Positions 32,655-43,372 of a DNA stretch of 64,000 bases are shown in pieces. A model generated the notes under the pieces. It was not told where the DNA came from. It saw only the letters and a program-made list of their open reading frames with translations, and searched no databases. The stretch is taken from positions 13,124-77,123 of the forward strand of contig JAHIJU010000247.1 in assembly GCA_018898235.1 (NCBI GenBank). Direction: 5' to 3'. Origin of the DNA: Actinomycetota bacterium. Its GTDB lineage: Bacteria > Actinomycetota > Actinomycetes > Actinomycetales > Cellulomonadaceae. Numbering within the stretch: the first letter of the stretch is position 1; every line of letters starts with the position of its first letter. The translations under genes were made by a program, and so were the position numbers.

Positions 32655-33413
32655 ATGCAGGAGAACCCCGGTGCGCAGGTGCTCGCAACCGTGCTGAAGG
32701 ACCCCGGACGGCCCCGGATCACCTGGTACGGCCCTGACGACGAGCGGGTCGAGCTGTCCGGGGCCGTGCTCGCCAACTGGGTCAACAAGACAGCGAACCT
32801 CCTGCTCGAGGAGTTCGATGCCGGGCCGGGGTCGTCTGTTCGGCTGGACCTGCCGATGCACTGGCGCACGGTCTGCTGGGCGCTCGCCGTGTGGCGGGTG
32901 GGTGGGTGTGTCGTGCTCGGGAGCGCGGACGCGGACGCGGACGCGGACGCCATCATCGGCACTTCCCCGCACCCCGGGCCCGTGCCCTACGCCGTCATCG
33001 CTCTGCCCGCGCTCGCCCGTCGCGTCACCGGTCCGCTGCCGCCCGGGGCCGTCGATGCCGCCGCGAGCCTCGCCGGCTACCCGGACCTTCTCGGACCGGT
33101 CAGCCCCGTCGACCCGGAGCAACCAGCGTTGGTCGCTGCGGGACGGCAGTGGACGTTCACCGACCTCACGGGCGCCGCGTCCGGTGATCGGCGCCCCCTT
33201 CGGGTGCTCCTCCCCACCAGGACGACGCCCGTACACACCGCCCTCCTGCGCATGTCACAGGTGCTCTCGAACGACGGGTCCCTCGTCGTCGTCGACCTCG
33301 GTGACCGGGAGCCCGAATCGCATGCCGGAACCCCGGACGTGCTTGACCACCTGCGCGCAGTCGAGCGGGTCGACGTCATCGAGGTGCCGGCCACGCCACC
33401 CGAGGCCGGCTGA
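32655..33413 (+). CDS. TIGR03089-family protein (truncated acyl-CoA synthetase-like)
   Basis: DPGRPRITWYG...ERVELSGAVLANWVNKTANLL...LPMHWRT; TAGGCT lies 6 nt upstream of the ATG. Confidence 0.88.
   Translation: MQENPGAQVLATVLKDPGRPRITWYGPDDERVELSGAVLANWVNKTANLLLEEFDAGPGSSVRLDLPMHWRTVCWALAVWRVGGCVVLGSADADADADAIIGTSPHPGPVPYAVIALPALARRVTGPLPPGAVDAAASLAGYPDLLGPVSPVDPEQPALVAAGRQWTFTDLTGAASGDRRPLRVLLPTRTTPVHTALLRMSQVLSNDGSLVVVDLGDREPESHAGTPDVLDHLRAVERVDVIEVPATPPEAG
32925..32950 (+). repeat. In-frame hexanucleotide tandem repeat (GCGGAC)x4 encoding ADADADADA
   Basis: Directly visible in the sequence. Confidence 0.85.
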
Positions 33414-33720
33414 GCGACCACGTAGGCGCCGCCGCCCGACCGAGCTCGCCGCTCTCGGGCGAGGTTCACGGCCAGCGCCGGCGGTTGGTCTCCTGGTCGT
33501 CCGTGCGACGAGTCGAGTCGAGTCCAGCCCACGGCTCCACGCCACCCCGGGGTGCATCGGCCGCGACCGGCCCACCAGACATGACGGCCACGGGTGCCCC
33601 GTCGGGTGGCGCGCAGCAGATCGCATGACTCGGACCGCGGGCGAGGCTACTCGCACACGGCCACGGCGCCTCCGGAGACGTTGCCGTCCACCGCGGCCGG
33701 GGCGAGGACATAGATCAACC

Positions 33721-34908
33721 TCAGGGCACGCCCGCCTGGACCAGCACGCCCTCGCCCCCGATCGCCAACGCCCCGTCGCTGCAGGGGACGAATGCGGCTT
33801 GCCCGCGCCGGAGCTCGAGCGAATCGCCATCAGCGCGGACAAGGACCACCCGACCGTCCAGGCACAGCACGATCCGCGGACCTCGGCCGGGCAACGGGTG
33901 ACCGCCGTTGTCCACTGTCGTGATCGACAGCAGGAAGTCGTCCACGGGGGCATAGAAGATCTTCGTCGCCCCGTGCGCGACCTCCGGAGCGATCCGGATC
34001 GGTGGCGCCGCCACATAGTCCACGTTGCGCAGAAGCTCGGGCACGTCGACGTGCTTCGGTGTCAGACCAGCACGCAGGACGTTGTCGGAACTCGCCATGA
34101 CCTCGATCCCGAGCCCTCGGAGGTACGCGTGCACACCTCCTGCGGGCACGAACAGGGCTTCACCGGGCTGAAGTGTCACAGGGTTCAGCAAGAGAGACGT
34201 GATCACGCCCGGATCTCCCGGGAAGCGCTGCTCGAGCATCACGACGGTGCTGTCTGCCCTGGGCGAGGGCGACCCCGCGTCGAGGCGCTCCTGGCAGGCA
34301 GCGGCGATCGCGTGCACCTCGTCCCTGGACGGTCGGGTGCGTGGCTCCAGCAATCTCGTGAAGACCGTCTGAATCCCCGCCGACGAGGGATCCGCGACCA
34401 GGACGGCGTGCAGCCTGTGGGCGAGCGGTGTGTCGAGGGTTGCGAACATCTCTGCGACACGTCGCGGGGCGCGGAATCCACAGACCGCCTCGAACTCGGT
34501 CAAGGCGTACACCAGCTCGGGCTTGTGGTTTCGGTCCTTGTAGTTGCGCGCCGGAGAGTCGAGGGGCACACCAGCGGCGTCCTCCTCCAAGAAGCCCGCT
34601 CCTGCACGCACGGCATGCGGGTGGACCTGCAACGAGAGCGGTTGCTCCGCCGCGATCACCTTGAGCAGATAGGGCAGTGAAGCGCCGAAGCGCGCCACCA
34701 CATCGCTACCGAGAGCCGCATCGGCGTCGTCGTCGATGACAGCATCCAGCCGAGTGCCGGACTCGTCCTGCAGCCGGGAAGGAGCCTTGGGGTGAGCACC
34801 GAACCACACCTCGGCGATGACCGGCGGGTCCTGCACGCCGATGAGGTCCTGGATCGCTGTGGACGAACCCCACGCATACGCCTGCGTTGCACCCGTGATC
34901 CGAAGCAT
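33721..34908 (-). CDS. manA: Mannose-6-phosphate isomerase, class I
   Basis: QAYAWGS, AEVWFGAHP, LPYLLKVIAAEQPLSLQVHP, RNYKDRNHKPE, HAYLRG, MASSDNVLRAGLTPKHVD. Confidence 0.96.
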   Translation of the reverse strand: MLRITGATQAYAWGSSTAIQDLIGVQDPPVIAEVWFGAHPKAPSRLQDESGTRLDAVIDDDADAALGSDVVARFGASLPYLLKVIAAEQPLSLQVHPHAVRAGAGFLEEDAAGVPLDSPARNYKDRNHKPELVYALTEFEAVCGFRAPRRVAEMFATLDTPLAHRLHAVLVADPSSAGIQTVFTRLLEPRTRPSRDEVHAIAAACQERLDAGSPSPRADSTVVMLEQRFPGDPGVITSLLLNPVTLQPGEALFVPAGGVHAYLRGLGIEVMASSDNVLRAGLTPKHVDVPELLRNVDYVAAPPIRIAPEVAHGATKIFYAPVDDFLLSITTVDNGGHPLPGRGPRIVLCLDGRVVLVRADGDSLELRRGQAAFVPCSDGALAIGGEGVLVQAGVP

Positions 34909-35010
34909 GACCACCCCGTCGACATCGAGTCCGCCTACAACAACCGCCGACAATGATCCGTCGAGGGAGCGGGCGGACCTTGCGTACACCCCACCGCGAC
35001 GATGCCTGCT

Positions 35011-35853
35011 TCACCGACCAAGAAGGGTCGAGCTCGCTCTCGCCCAACGCTCGTCCCATGGACCGATCGCCTCGACGCCGACCTCCCGCAACCGGTCGTG
35101 CCCAAGAACCGAGTACGCAGGACGCGCTGCAGGACGAACGAACTGCGCGCTCGTTGTCGGCCCGACCGCGTCCGCATCGACGCCCGCCGCCGAAGCGATC
35201 GCCCTCGCGAAGCCGTACCACGAGACACCTCCCGATGAGGTGCCGTGATAGATGCCCGACGGCGCACCCGCTTCGACCAGGCGGACGATCAGCCCAGCGA
35301 GGTCGACGGTCCACGTCGGTTGCCCGACCTGGTCATCGATCACCAGGGCACTCCCCCGTTCACGCAGGAGTCTGGCGATCGTTGACGGGAAGCTGGTACC
35401 ACCTGCGCCGTACAACCACGCGGTACGCACGATGAGGTGATCGGCGCAGTAGGAGCGAACCGCCCACTCGCCGGCCGCCTTCGTACGGCCGTACGCGGTG
35501 CGCGGTGCGATCGGGTCGTCCTCCCCGTAGGGCGACGAGGCGTCCCCGGCGAACACGTAGTCCGTCGAGATCTGGACGAGCCTGGCGCCGACCTCGGAGG
35601 CAACCCGCGCAAGGTTGGCAGGGCCTACTGCGTTCACTGCGAAGGCCTCTGCCTCCTCGGTCTCCGCCTGATCCACCGCGGTGTAGGCGGCGCAGTTGAC
35701 CACGACGTCGGCCGCCCGGACAGCCCGACGCACCGAGTCGAGATCGGTGATGTCGACATCGTCCCGGCCGACAGCGGTGACGTCCTCGCCGGTGAGAATT
35801 CCCGCCATGTCACGACCGAGCATGCCGTCGCCACCGACTACCAACCAGCGCAC
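35011..35853 (-). CDS. rmlD: dTDP-4-dehydrorhamnose reductase
   Basis: [46 protein letters not shown]. Confidence 0.96.
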   Translation of the reverse strand: MRWLVVGGDGMLGRDMAGILTGEDVTAVGRDDVDITDLDSVRRAVRAADVVVNCAAYTAVDQAETEEAEAFAVNAVGPANLARVASEVGARLVQISTDYVFAGDASSPYGEDDPIAPRTAYGRTKAAGEWAVRSYCADHLIVRTAWLYGAGGTSFPSTIARLLRERGSALVIDDQVGQPTWTVDLAGLIVRLVEAGAPSGIYHGTSSGGVSWYGFARAIASAAGVDADAVGPTTSAQFVRPAARPAYSVLGHDRLREVGVEAIGPWDERWARASSTLLGR

Positions 35854-35963
35854 CGCTCAGAGCCCCTTCAGGTGGCCATCTCCTCGACCGGTCGAACCTT
35901 ACGCGAACCGGCCGAGCCGCGGAAATTGCCTGGCAAGCACGTCCGATGCGCCACACTGAACCC

Positions 35964-36830
35964 ATGCGCGGAATCATCCTGGCCGGCGGCTCGGGCACGC
36001 GGCTGCACCCGATCACTCTCGGCGTCAGCAAGCAGCTCGTGCCGGTCTACGACAAGCCGATGGTCTACTACCCGCTCTCGACGCTGATGCTGGCCGGGAT
36101 CCGGGATGTGCTGGTCATCACCACACCGCACGACGCGGAGCCGTTTCACCGCCTCCTGGGCGACGGCTCGCAGTTCGGCATCTCGATCACCTACACGGTG
36201 CAGGACGAGCCGAACGGCCTCGCGCAGGCGTTCGTGCTCGGTGCCGAGTTCATCGGCTCCGACTCCGTGTCGCTCGTCCTCGGCGACAACATCTTCTACG
36301 GCCCAGGTCTCGGGTCGCGGCTCCAGACGTTCGCGCCTGCCGAGGGTGGGGCCGTCTTCGCCTACCGCGTGTCCGATCCGACCGCCTACGGCGTCGTCGA
36401 GTTCGATAGCGCTGGCCGCGCGCTGTCCTTGGAGGAGAAGCCGGCCAGACCGCGGTCGAACTATGCGGTGCCCGGGCTGTACTTCTACGACAACGACGTC
36501 GTGGCGATCGCGAAGGATCTCGCGCCCTCGGCCCGCGGCGAGTACGAGATCACCGATGTCAACCGCACCTACCTCGAGCAGGGGAGGCTCCACGTGGAGG
36601 TGCTGCCGCGCGGCACGGCCTGGCTCGACACGGGGACGTTCGACTCACTGCTTGAAGCCTCACACTTCGTCCGCACGATCGAGCTGCGGCAGGGCATGAA
36701 GATCGGTGCCCCAGAGGAGGTCGCCTGGCGGCGGGGCTTCTTGTCCGACGAGGAGCTCCGACTGCGGGCGGAGCCGCTGATCAAGTCCGGCTACGGGACA
36801 TACCTGCTCAGCCTGCTCGACGAGCACTGA
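35964..36830 (+). CDS. rmlA: Glucose-1-phosphate thymidylyltransferase
   Basis: [16 protein letters not shown]...[33 protein letters not shown]. Confidence 0.98.
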   Translation: MRGIILAGGSGTRLHPITLGVSKQLVPVYDKPMVYYPLSTLMLAGIRDVLVITTPHDAEPFHRLLGDGSQFGISITYTVQDEPNGLAQAFVLGAEFIGSDSVSLVLGDNIFYGPGLGSRLQTFAPAEGGAVFAYRVSDPTAYGVVEFDSAGRALSLEEKPARPRSNYAVPGLYFYDNDVVAIAKDLAPSARGEYEITDVNRTYLEQGRLHVEVLPRGTAWLDTGTFDSLLEASHFVRTIELRQGMKIGAPEEVAWRRGFLSDEELRLRAEPLIKSGYGTYLLSLLDEH

Positions 36831-36857
36831 GGATCCGAGCCGGTCGCGGGCTCAGCC

Positions 36858-38444
36858 TCAGGTCGTCGCGGCGTCGGTTGCCGCCGTCGCGGACAGGTCG
36901 GCTGGTCTGCCCGCGACCGTCGAGCCAGGGCTGGCCTTCGCAGGCTCGTCTGTGCTCGCGCCGACCTTCGGGGTGTCAGGCGATGTCGCGTCCGGCCTGG
37001 CGAGCTCGAGGGTCAGAAGCCCGACAGCAATGCCGAATGCGAGCGCGCCGACCCCCCAGACAGCCATCGGACCGACAGGAAGCCCGCCCCACCACCATTC
37101 CCGCGCCACGTCCAGGTCGGACGTGGGGATGTCGGTGCCCGTGAGGTACCGGCGAAGGTTCTCGTGCAACGCAGCGGCGTTCGCCACCGTGAGCGCCACC
37201 AGCACGAGCGCCCATTGACCGCGGGACCACCGAACGGCAATCTCGCCTCGGACTCGACCCACCGCCGTCACGACGAGGATGGCGACCAGGGGCAGGATGT
37301 AGCGAGGCTGGATCGACTGCCCGACGGGGTATCCCGAGAGGTACTGCATGTACCCCGGGATGATCCACACGGCCGCGCCGACCAGCACCAACGCGACGAG
37401 ACGGCGCCAACCCGCGCCCTGCATGCCGGCAAAGACGACACCCACGAGCACACTCCACGCCGACACCCAGACCAGCGGCGGCATGGAGGTGTCGAGCCAA
37501 CCAAGTCCCCAGCCACCGAGCGCACCCGTCCACAACGACGGGATATCAGCCAGGAGCCGCAGAATGCCACCGATCGACGCGGCAGGTGGTGTGACCGAGC
37601 CGCTGACCGATTCCGACTGCCCCGTCGTGAAGAACAAGGCCACGGCGACGACGCCGAGCACTGCAGGGTAGATCTGCCGTCGCAACCAAGCCGCGGTAGG
37701 CCGGAATGTCGTGATCATGCACACCCCGACCGCGAGTGCTCCGTACATGGATGCGTCGGCCCGGGAACCCGCCCCCAGGCCGAGCGCGAGTGCCGCGAGC
37801 GCGCCCAACAGCCATCGCCGTCTCCTGTCGGTGGCTGAGATGTAGCCGAGCAGCGCCACCGGGAGAGTCACGGCCGACAGGAGTGTCCAGCTGGACGGGT
37901 TGATCGACGGCAGCAGGAACATCCCCAGGGGGACGGCGGTCACGACGGCACCGACGACGACCGCCCTGCGCAACCCGCCGGACGCGGCCCATCCGACGAT
38001 GGCCATCACCCCGACCACGAGAACCGCGTTCGCCACTCGCATCAGCAGGACCGAACGCGAGACGTCCGCACCGGCGAGGAAGCTCATGACGAAGTAGAAC
38101 AGCGGAGGGTACGACCCGTTGAAGTTGCCACGGCTGGTGGCCACGAGACGGTTGTCCGCGGGGGTCTGTTCCTGGCACTCGGCGCTGACGTCCGGGTGGA
38201 ACGCGTAGCACGGCGCTGCGAGGAGCCGGGCCGGCACCATGCGTTCCGTCGGGCTTCCGCCTGGCTCGCACAGACCATCGCGTTCGCCATGCCCGCACCA
38301 GATGCTCGCGAGGTGATAGTCCTCATCGGGGGACGCACCGACCGGAGAAGACACCGCCCACGCCGACAGCGCGATCACGGCTGCGATCAGGCCCACTGCC
38401 CCCACTGTGCGCCGACGCAGGTTCGTGCTCGATCGCCTCCTCAC
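36858..38444 (-). CDS. DUF2142 membrane protein (GT-C-like glycosyltransferase)
   Basis: SPVGASPDEDYHLASIWC, YPPLFY, SINPSSW, GWLDT, IQPRYILP; about 11 TM segments. Confidence 0.82.
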   Translation of the reverse strand: MRRRSSTNLRRRTVGAVGLIAAVIALSAWAVSSPVGASPDEDYHLASIWCGHGERDGLCEPGGSPTERMVPARLLAAPCYAFHPDVSAECQEQTPADNRLVATSRGNFNGSYPPLFYFVMSFLAGADVSRSVLLMRVANAVLVVGVMAIVGWAASGGLRRAVVVGAVVTAVPLGMFLLPSINPSSWTLLSAVTLPVALLGYISATDRRRRWLLGALAALALGLGAGSRADASMYGALAVGVCMITTFRPTAAWLRRQIYPAVLGVVAVALFFTTGQSESVSGSVTPPAASIGGILRLLADIPSLWTGALGGWGLGWLDTSMPPLVWVSAWSVLVGVVFAGMQGAGWRRLVALVLVGAAVWIIPGYMQYLSGYPVGQSIQPRYILPLVAILVVTAVGRVRGEIAVRWSRGQWALVLVALTVANAAALHENLRRYLTGTDIPTSDLDVAREWWWGGLPVGPMAVWGVGALAFGIAVGLLTLELARPDATSPDTPKVGASTDEPAKASPGSTVAGRPADLSATAATDAATT

Positions 38445-38487
38445 GACCAGGACCCTACCAACGAGCTGCGGCGCGCCCGATCGGCGT

Positions 38488-39624
38488 TCATCGCCGAGCG
38501 GCCAGCTCGTAGGCCTTCACGTGCTGGGCCGCCGAGGCGGCCCACGAGAAGGTGCGCGCGCGAGCGAGGGCCGCAACCGAGAGCGACGCCCGCAGCTCTT
38601 CGTCGCGCAGAACCCGTGCGAGCTCCTTCGCTATGGACTCGGGGCTGACGTCGCAGTAGGCGACCGCATCTCCCCCGACCTCGGGAAGTGACAGCCGGCG
38701 CGTCGTGAGGACAGGGGCACCACACGCCATCGCCTCGAGAACCGGGAGCCCGAAACCCTCGCCCAGGCTCGGGTATGCAACCACGGCGGCGCCCGTCAGC
38801 AGGCCTGCCAGGTCCTCCAGCGGCAGGTAGCCAGGGCGAACCAGCGTGAGAGCCGCCGGCACCTCGGCGATTGCGGCGTCGAGCTGCGCGTCCCATCCAC
38901 TGCCACCCGCAAGAACCAGGGCCGGTGGATCTGGCAGGTTCCGGCACGCAGCTACCCAGCCCCTCACCAGCGCCGAGAGGTTCTTGCGTGGCTCGAGCGT
39001 GCCGAGGAAGGCGACGTACGGCCGGTCTCCCAGAGCGAGGGCACCGCGCACCCGGTCGATCTCGGCGGCGCCTGCCGGCCGGAAGCGCTCCAGGTCGACG
39101 CCGTGCGGGGCCACGACGAACTGGCCAGGTCGACCACCGGCCAGCCGCAGAATCTCGTCGCGAGTCGCGCGCGACGGCACGATCAGTGCGCCGGCGCGAC
39201 GCACAGCAGCCCTCGTGGCTGTGCGGAACAGGGCGACCTTCGCCGCCTGATGAACACCTGGATCGGAGAAGAAGGTCGCGTCGTGAAGGGTGACGGCAAC
39301 GGGGACGGGGCTTCGCAACGGCATCGTGTAGTGCGGCGAGTGGACGACATCGACCTTCATCCGGCGGGCCAGCGCAGGCAGCCCCGTCTGTTCCCACATC
39401 AACCGGACGGGCCGCCGGGCGACTGCTCCCGGCGCCGCGACGACGGTGGCCGCCGGCACCCGCTGCCCGAAGACCTCGACGTCGCGCGCCTGGCAGGCGA
39501 GCACGATGTCCACGCCGAGCTCGACGAGCGCAGGGACGATGTCGTCGACGTATCGCCCGACGCCCCCGCGGTTCATCGGCACGGCCGTCGCATCGAGCAG
39601 GACCCGCACCGCTGACTCCCCCAT
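38488..39624 (-). CDS. GT4 glycosyltransferase
   Basis: GGVGRY, VTLHDATF, GTLEPRKNL, PSLGEGFGLPVLEAMACG. Confidence 0.93.
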   Translation of the reverse strand: MGESAVRVLLDATAVPMNRGGVGRYVDDIVPALVELGVDIVLACQARDVEVFGQRVPAATVVAAPGAVARRPVRLMWEQTGLPALARRMKVDVVHSPHYTMPLRSPVPVAVTLHDATFFSDPGVHQAAKVALFRTATRAAVRRAGALIVPSRATRDEILRLAGGRPGQFVVAPHGVDLERFRPAGAAEIDRVRGALALGDRPYVAFLGTLEPRKNLSALVRGWVAACRNLPDPPALVLAGGSGWDAQLDAAIAEVPAALTLVRPGYLPLEDLAGLLTGAAVVAYPSLGEGFGLPVLEAMACGAPVLTTRRLSLPEVGGDAVAYCDVSPESIAKELARVLRDEELRASLSVAALARARTFSWAASAAQHVKAYELAARR

Positions 39625-39676
39625 GACGGTCTCGCCCCGTCCGGGCGGAACTGATGACCCGATAGGCTAACCGGTC

Positions 39677-40420
39677 GTGGCCACCACCGAGAATCTGGGT
39701 CTCCTCGTGATCGTTCCCGCATGGAACGAGCAGGAGTCGTTGCCCTCGGTGCTCGAGGAGATCTCGAACCAGGTGCCCGATGCCGACGTCCTGGTGGTCA
39801 ACGACGGCTCGACCGACAACACGGGCCGAGTGGTCCGCGAGTCGGGGCGGGCGATGCTCCTGGATCTGCCGTTGAACCTGGGCGTGGGTGGCGCCATGCG
39901 CGCCGGGTACCGGTTCGCCCTGCGTCACGGCTACCGGCGGACCATCCAGGTCGACGCCGACGGGCAGCACGACCCTGCCGACATCCCCCGGGTGATCGGG
40001 CTGCTCGACCACGGAGTCAACGTCGCGCTGGGCGCCCGCTTCGCCGGCGAGGGCGACTACGAGGCACGCGGACCGCGCCGGTGGGCCATGTCGTTGCTGT
40101 CCGTCGTGATCTCGCGGGTCGCCAAGGTGCGTCTCACCGACACGACCTCCGGCTTCCGCGCCTGCGACCGGCGGGCGATCTCCCTGTTCGCTGCGGACTA
40201 CCCGGCCGAATACCTCGGCGACACCATCGAGTCGCTGGTGATCGCCAGCCGGGCCGGCCTGCGGATCGGGCAGGTCCCGGTGCAGATGCGTCCGAGATCG
40301 GCGGGCACGCCCTCGCAGGGCCCCGTGAAGTCGGCCATCTTCCTCGTACGGGCCTCGCTGGCGCTGCTGATCGCGCTGACGCGCCCGATCGCTGTCCCTG
40401 CCACTGCTGGCGCACTGTGA
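39677..40420 (+). CDS. GT2 polyprenol-phosphate HexNAc transferase (GacI/PpgS-like)
   Basis: IVPAWNE, VNDGSTD, NLGVGGAMRAG, QVDADGQH, DTTSGFRA; coupled to a DUF2304 gene. Confidence 0.88.
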   Translation: MATTENLGLLVIVPAWNEQESLPSVLEEISNQVPDADVLVVNDGSTDNTGRVVRESGRAMLLDLPLNLGVGGAMRAGYRFALRHGYRRTIQVDADGQHDPADIPRVIGLLDHGVNVALGARFAGEGDYEARGPRRWAMSLLSVVISRVAKVRLTDTTSGFRACDRRAISLFAADYPAEYLGDTIESLVIASRAGLRIGQVPVQMRPRSAGTPSQGPVKSAIFLVRASLALLIALTRPIAVPATAGAL

Positions 40421-40806
40421 GCGGCTATGTCTTCGCCGTCACGGCGGCGATCGCCCTGCTGGTCTTTCTCGTGGTCCTGCTGCGCTCGCGCCGGCTGCGC
40501 GAGAAGTATGCGATCACCTGGCTGGTCGTCGGGGCCGCCATCGCCGTCCTGGGCGCCTTCCCGAGCATCATGCTGTGGCTCACCGCGGCGGTAGGGATCC
40601 AGACCCCGACGAACCTGTTGTTCGCAGCCTCGCTGATCGTGCTCCTGGTCGTCGACATCCAGCTGAGCGTCGAGATCACCGGGCTGGAGGAGGAGACCCG
40701 GACGTTGGCCGAGGAGGTCGCGCTGCTGCGTCTGGAGGTGGAGCGCGGGCGGCAGGTCGCCGAGGGCGAACCACCGGTCACGCCGGCGCCCGAACCGGAG
40801 CCCTGA
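40417..40806 (+). CDS. DUF2304 small membrane protein (GacJ/Rv3632-like)
   Basis: GTG overlaps GT2 stop; LLRSRRLREKYAITWL, GIQTPTNLLF, LEEETRTLAEEVALL. Confidence 0.88.
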   Translation: MSGYVFAVTAAIALLVFLVVLLRSRRLREKYAITWLVVGAAIAVLGAFPSIMLWLTAAVGIQTPTNLLFAASLIVLLVVDIQLSVEITGLEEETRTLAEEVALLRLEVERGRQVAEGEPPVTPAPEPEP

Positions 40807-40926
40807 CTCACGGAGCCGTCGCGCCGCCCACCTGTCCCAGGTTCGTCGCGCTGAGGCGGTGCCTCGCCCCGATGGAGGGCCGGAGGGCCACGAGCGGGTC
40901 GCTGCGACCGCCATGACCCGCTCCGG

Positions 40927-42195
40927 TCATGCCTCGGCCCGGCGAAGCCGCGGTCGCGTGAGCGACCACAGCAGCGGTAGCGCGACAGCCAGGGCCGCCA
41001 ACGGGCCGATCAACGCACCGACAGCCGTCGTCTGCACCACGGGCTGCGGGCTGACAACGAGCCACAGGGCCGTGGCCGCGACAGCGACGGCCCACATCGT
41101 GATCATCTGGGCGTGGCCGGACAACGCGATGAACGTCGCCGACAGGAGGAGCACCCAGGCCAGGAGGAACGCGGACAGGACCAGGAGCGCCACGGCCCCG
41201 GGCGAGACGACGTAGGCCGCTCCGTAGACGAGCTGGACGAGCCACGGACCCCAGAACCATCCGATCGCCGCACCGATCGCCCCCAGGGCACCGGATCCCA
41301 CCGTGCCGAGGACCAGCAGCCTGCGTAGCCGTGACGGACCACCGGACTCGGCTGCCAGCCGCCAGCGGACGACCGCGGGGACGGTGAGCGCCTGGATCGG
41401 AGACACCAGCAGGAGCGGTACGCGGGAGACCGTGAGAGCGGCGAAGACGGCGCCGCTCGCTCCCCCGCTGGCGTGGCCCGTCAGCCCGGCGACCATGGTC
41501 GGGTACCCCGTGACGACGCTCGCGTTGAGCGCTGCGGCGAGCATCAAGGAGGTGGACCTGCGGGCCGCCCGGCCCCACTCCGCAACTGGGATCGCGACCC
41601 GTGGCAGCACGACGCGTGCGCGCCCGAACCAGCCGAGCCAGGCGAACGAACCGGCCGCGACGCTGATCGCGGCAGTGGACAACGTCACCCCGATCGACGC
41701 CGCGACCGCGAGGACGAGCACCAGCCGGGTCAGGGCCTCGGCCACGACGAGTCCCGAGTACGCACCCAGCGAGTCGGATCCCATCAGGACGCCGCGGACC
41801 GTGAACTGCACGGCGAACCCGACCGCAGCCAGGCCGACGACGATCCCGATGTGGCTGCCCGCAGACCCGTAGAGACGCGCAGCTACCGGTGGCAGGAGCG
41901 TGACCGCCGCCACGAGGGCGGCGAGCAGCGCGGACACGGTCGTGACCGCCGGTATCGACGTCCCCGAGTCGTCGACACCGGACGCCGTGCGCCGGGCCGT
42001 CTCCTGCTCAAGGGTCGACAGCGAGCTACCGAGCCCGAACAGGATTCCCCAGAACGCGACGAAGCGACCGAAGTCTGCCGGAGACAGCAGCCGACCGATC
42101 AACGCGAGAAGCGCAAACCCGGCGACGCTCGCGATGCCGATCGCCACCGCGACGCTCGCGAGGTGACGCGCTCCAGGACGGCGAGAGAGCCTCAC
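40927..42195 (-). CDS. Wzx/MOP-like polysaccharide flippase
   Basis: About 12 TM; LSPADFGRF..FWG, EQETAR, SRVPLLLVSPIQAL; adjacent to GT2/DUF2304. Confidence 0.72.
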   Translation of the reverse strand: MRLSRRPGARHLASVAVAIGIASVAGFALLALIGRLLSPADFGRFVAFWGILFGLGSSLSTLEQETARRTASGVDDSGTSIPAVTTVSALLAALVAAVTLLPPVAARLYGSAGSHIGIVVGLAAVGFAVQFTVRGVLMGSDSLGAYSGLVVAEALTRLVLVLAVAASIGVTLSTAAISVAAGSFAWLGWFGRARVVLPRVAIPVAEWGRAARRSTSLMLAAALNASVVTGYPTMVAGLTGHASGGASGAVFAALTVSRVPLLLVSPIQALTVPAVVRWRLAAESGGPSRLRRLLVLGTVGSGALGAIGAAIGWFWGPWLVQLVYGAAYVVSPGAVALLVLSAFLLAWVLLLSATFIALSGHAQMITMWAVAVAATALWLVVSPQPVVQTTAVGALIGPLAALAVALPLLWSLTRPRLRRAEA

Positions 42196-43256
42196 TCGTC
42201 GAGCACCGTGCGCGACCCCCGAACGACCCGCCCGGCCGCGAGAGCGAGTCCACGCAGGATGCCGGCACCGAAGACCGGGACGAAGACAGGAGCGAGCGCT
42301 GCGGCCGCTCTGACCTCATCAGCCGTGCCGCCCGCCGTCCGCACCGCAGCCGGGATCGCAGCCAGTGCGGCCGCCGCACCCGCGGCGCCGACCTTCGGCT
42401 TGCGCACAGCGACCACGCCGACGAGCCCGGCCGCGACGAGGGCTGCGATCAGGGCTCGCCGGACCACACCGGCCTGGCCGAGGTACCCGTCCACGAACGT
42501 CGTACCGCGAAAGTAGGACTGCCGGATGAATCCCCGTGCACCGGACTTGCCGTGGTAGAGAAACGCAAAGTCCGGCGAGAGCCAGATGCGATGCTCACCT
42601 GCGACGTGGCGCAGCAGGCGGGTGTCGTCGCTCGCCAATTTCGCGTCGTCGTACAGCGATTCGAAACCGTGGACTGCGCCGAGCAAGACGTCCCGCGGGA
42701 TCAGGAGGCACCCGGTGCCCTTCGGGTAGTAGTCGAAGTCCTCCGCGCCGAACGAGACCAGCCGAGGATCGGCGGTGTATCGCCGCCACCCGACCTTGAC
42801 CAGCCCGGACCAGAATGCGGCAAAGGGATTGCCGCTCGTCTCGACGTCGACGTGACCACACCAGACCCGACGCTCGGGATGCTGAGCGACCTGCCGGCGG
42901 ATCCACCGCAGCGAATCGGGCCCCACGATGACCCGGCTGTCGAGCAGGAGGATCGAGGGCTCACGCGCCTCGTCGACTCCTCTGCTGCGAGCCGCGAGCC
43001 TGCCCGCGTTGCGCTGAGTGATCACCCGGATCCCGGTGCGAGCGGCAAGCGTGCGGAGCACGGCGGGCGTCCCGTCGGTGCTCCCGTCGTCGACAACCAC
43101 CACATCGAGCCGAATTCCGGCGGTGTCAGCGGCGGCGCACAGGGCGTCGACCGCGGTCCGCACCCAGGTCTCCTCGTTGTAGACCGGGATCACGACGCTG
43201 AGCGAGTCCAGCGCTCCTGCGGCCACCTCGGGGACGGCCTTCGGCTCGGAAGTCAC
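42192..43256 (-). CDS. GT2 glycosyltransferase
   Basis: SVVIPVYNEE, VVDDGSTDGT, NAGRLAARSRG, LLLDSR; hydrophobic C-terminus. Confidence 0.85.
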   Translation of the reverse strand: MTSEPKAVPEVAAGALDSLSVVIPVYNEETWVRTAVDALCAAADTAGIRLDVVVVDDGSTDGTPAVLRTLAARTGIRVITQRNAGRLAARSRGVDEAREPSILLLDSRVIVGPDSLRWIRRQVAQHPERRVWCGHVDVETSGNPFAAFWSGLVKVGWRRYTADPRLVSFGAEDFDYYPKGTGCLLIPRDVLLGAVHGFESLYDDAKLASDDTRLLRHVAGEHRIWLSPDFAFLYHGKSGARGFIRQSYFRGTTFVDGYLGQAGVVRRALIAALVAAGLVGVVAVRKPKVGAAGAAAALAAIPAAVRTAGGTADEVRAAAALAPVFVPVFGAGILRGLALAAGRVVRGSRTVLDE

Positions 43257-43372
43257 GCCCGAAGGTTATCCGAGAACGTCCCTGGCACCGGCCGGCCGGC
43301 CGGTGCAGGGCGGACCGGCTGACCTGCGCCTGTCGCGTATCCTGACCGCACGTCAAGCGAACGGGGAGCACG

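Noticed and set aside
32925-32950. (GCGGAC)x4 as a phase-variation switch
   Set aside because: The unit is a multiple of three in a probable linker, so copy-number change would not shift the frame
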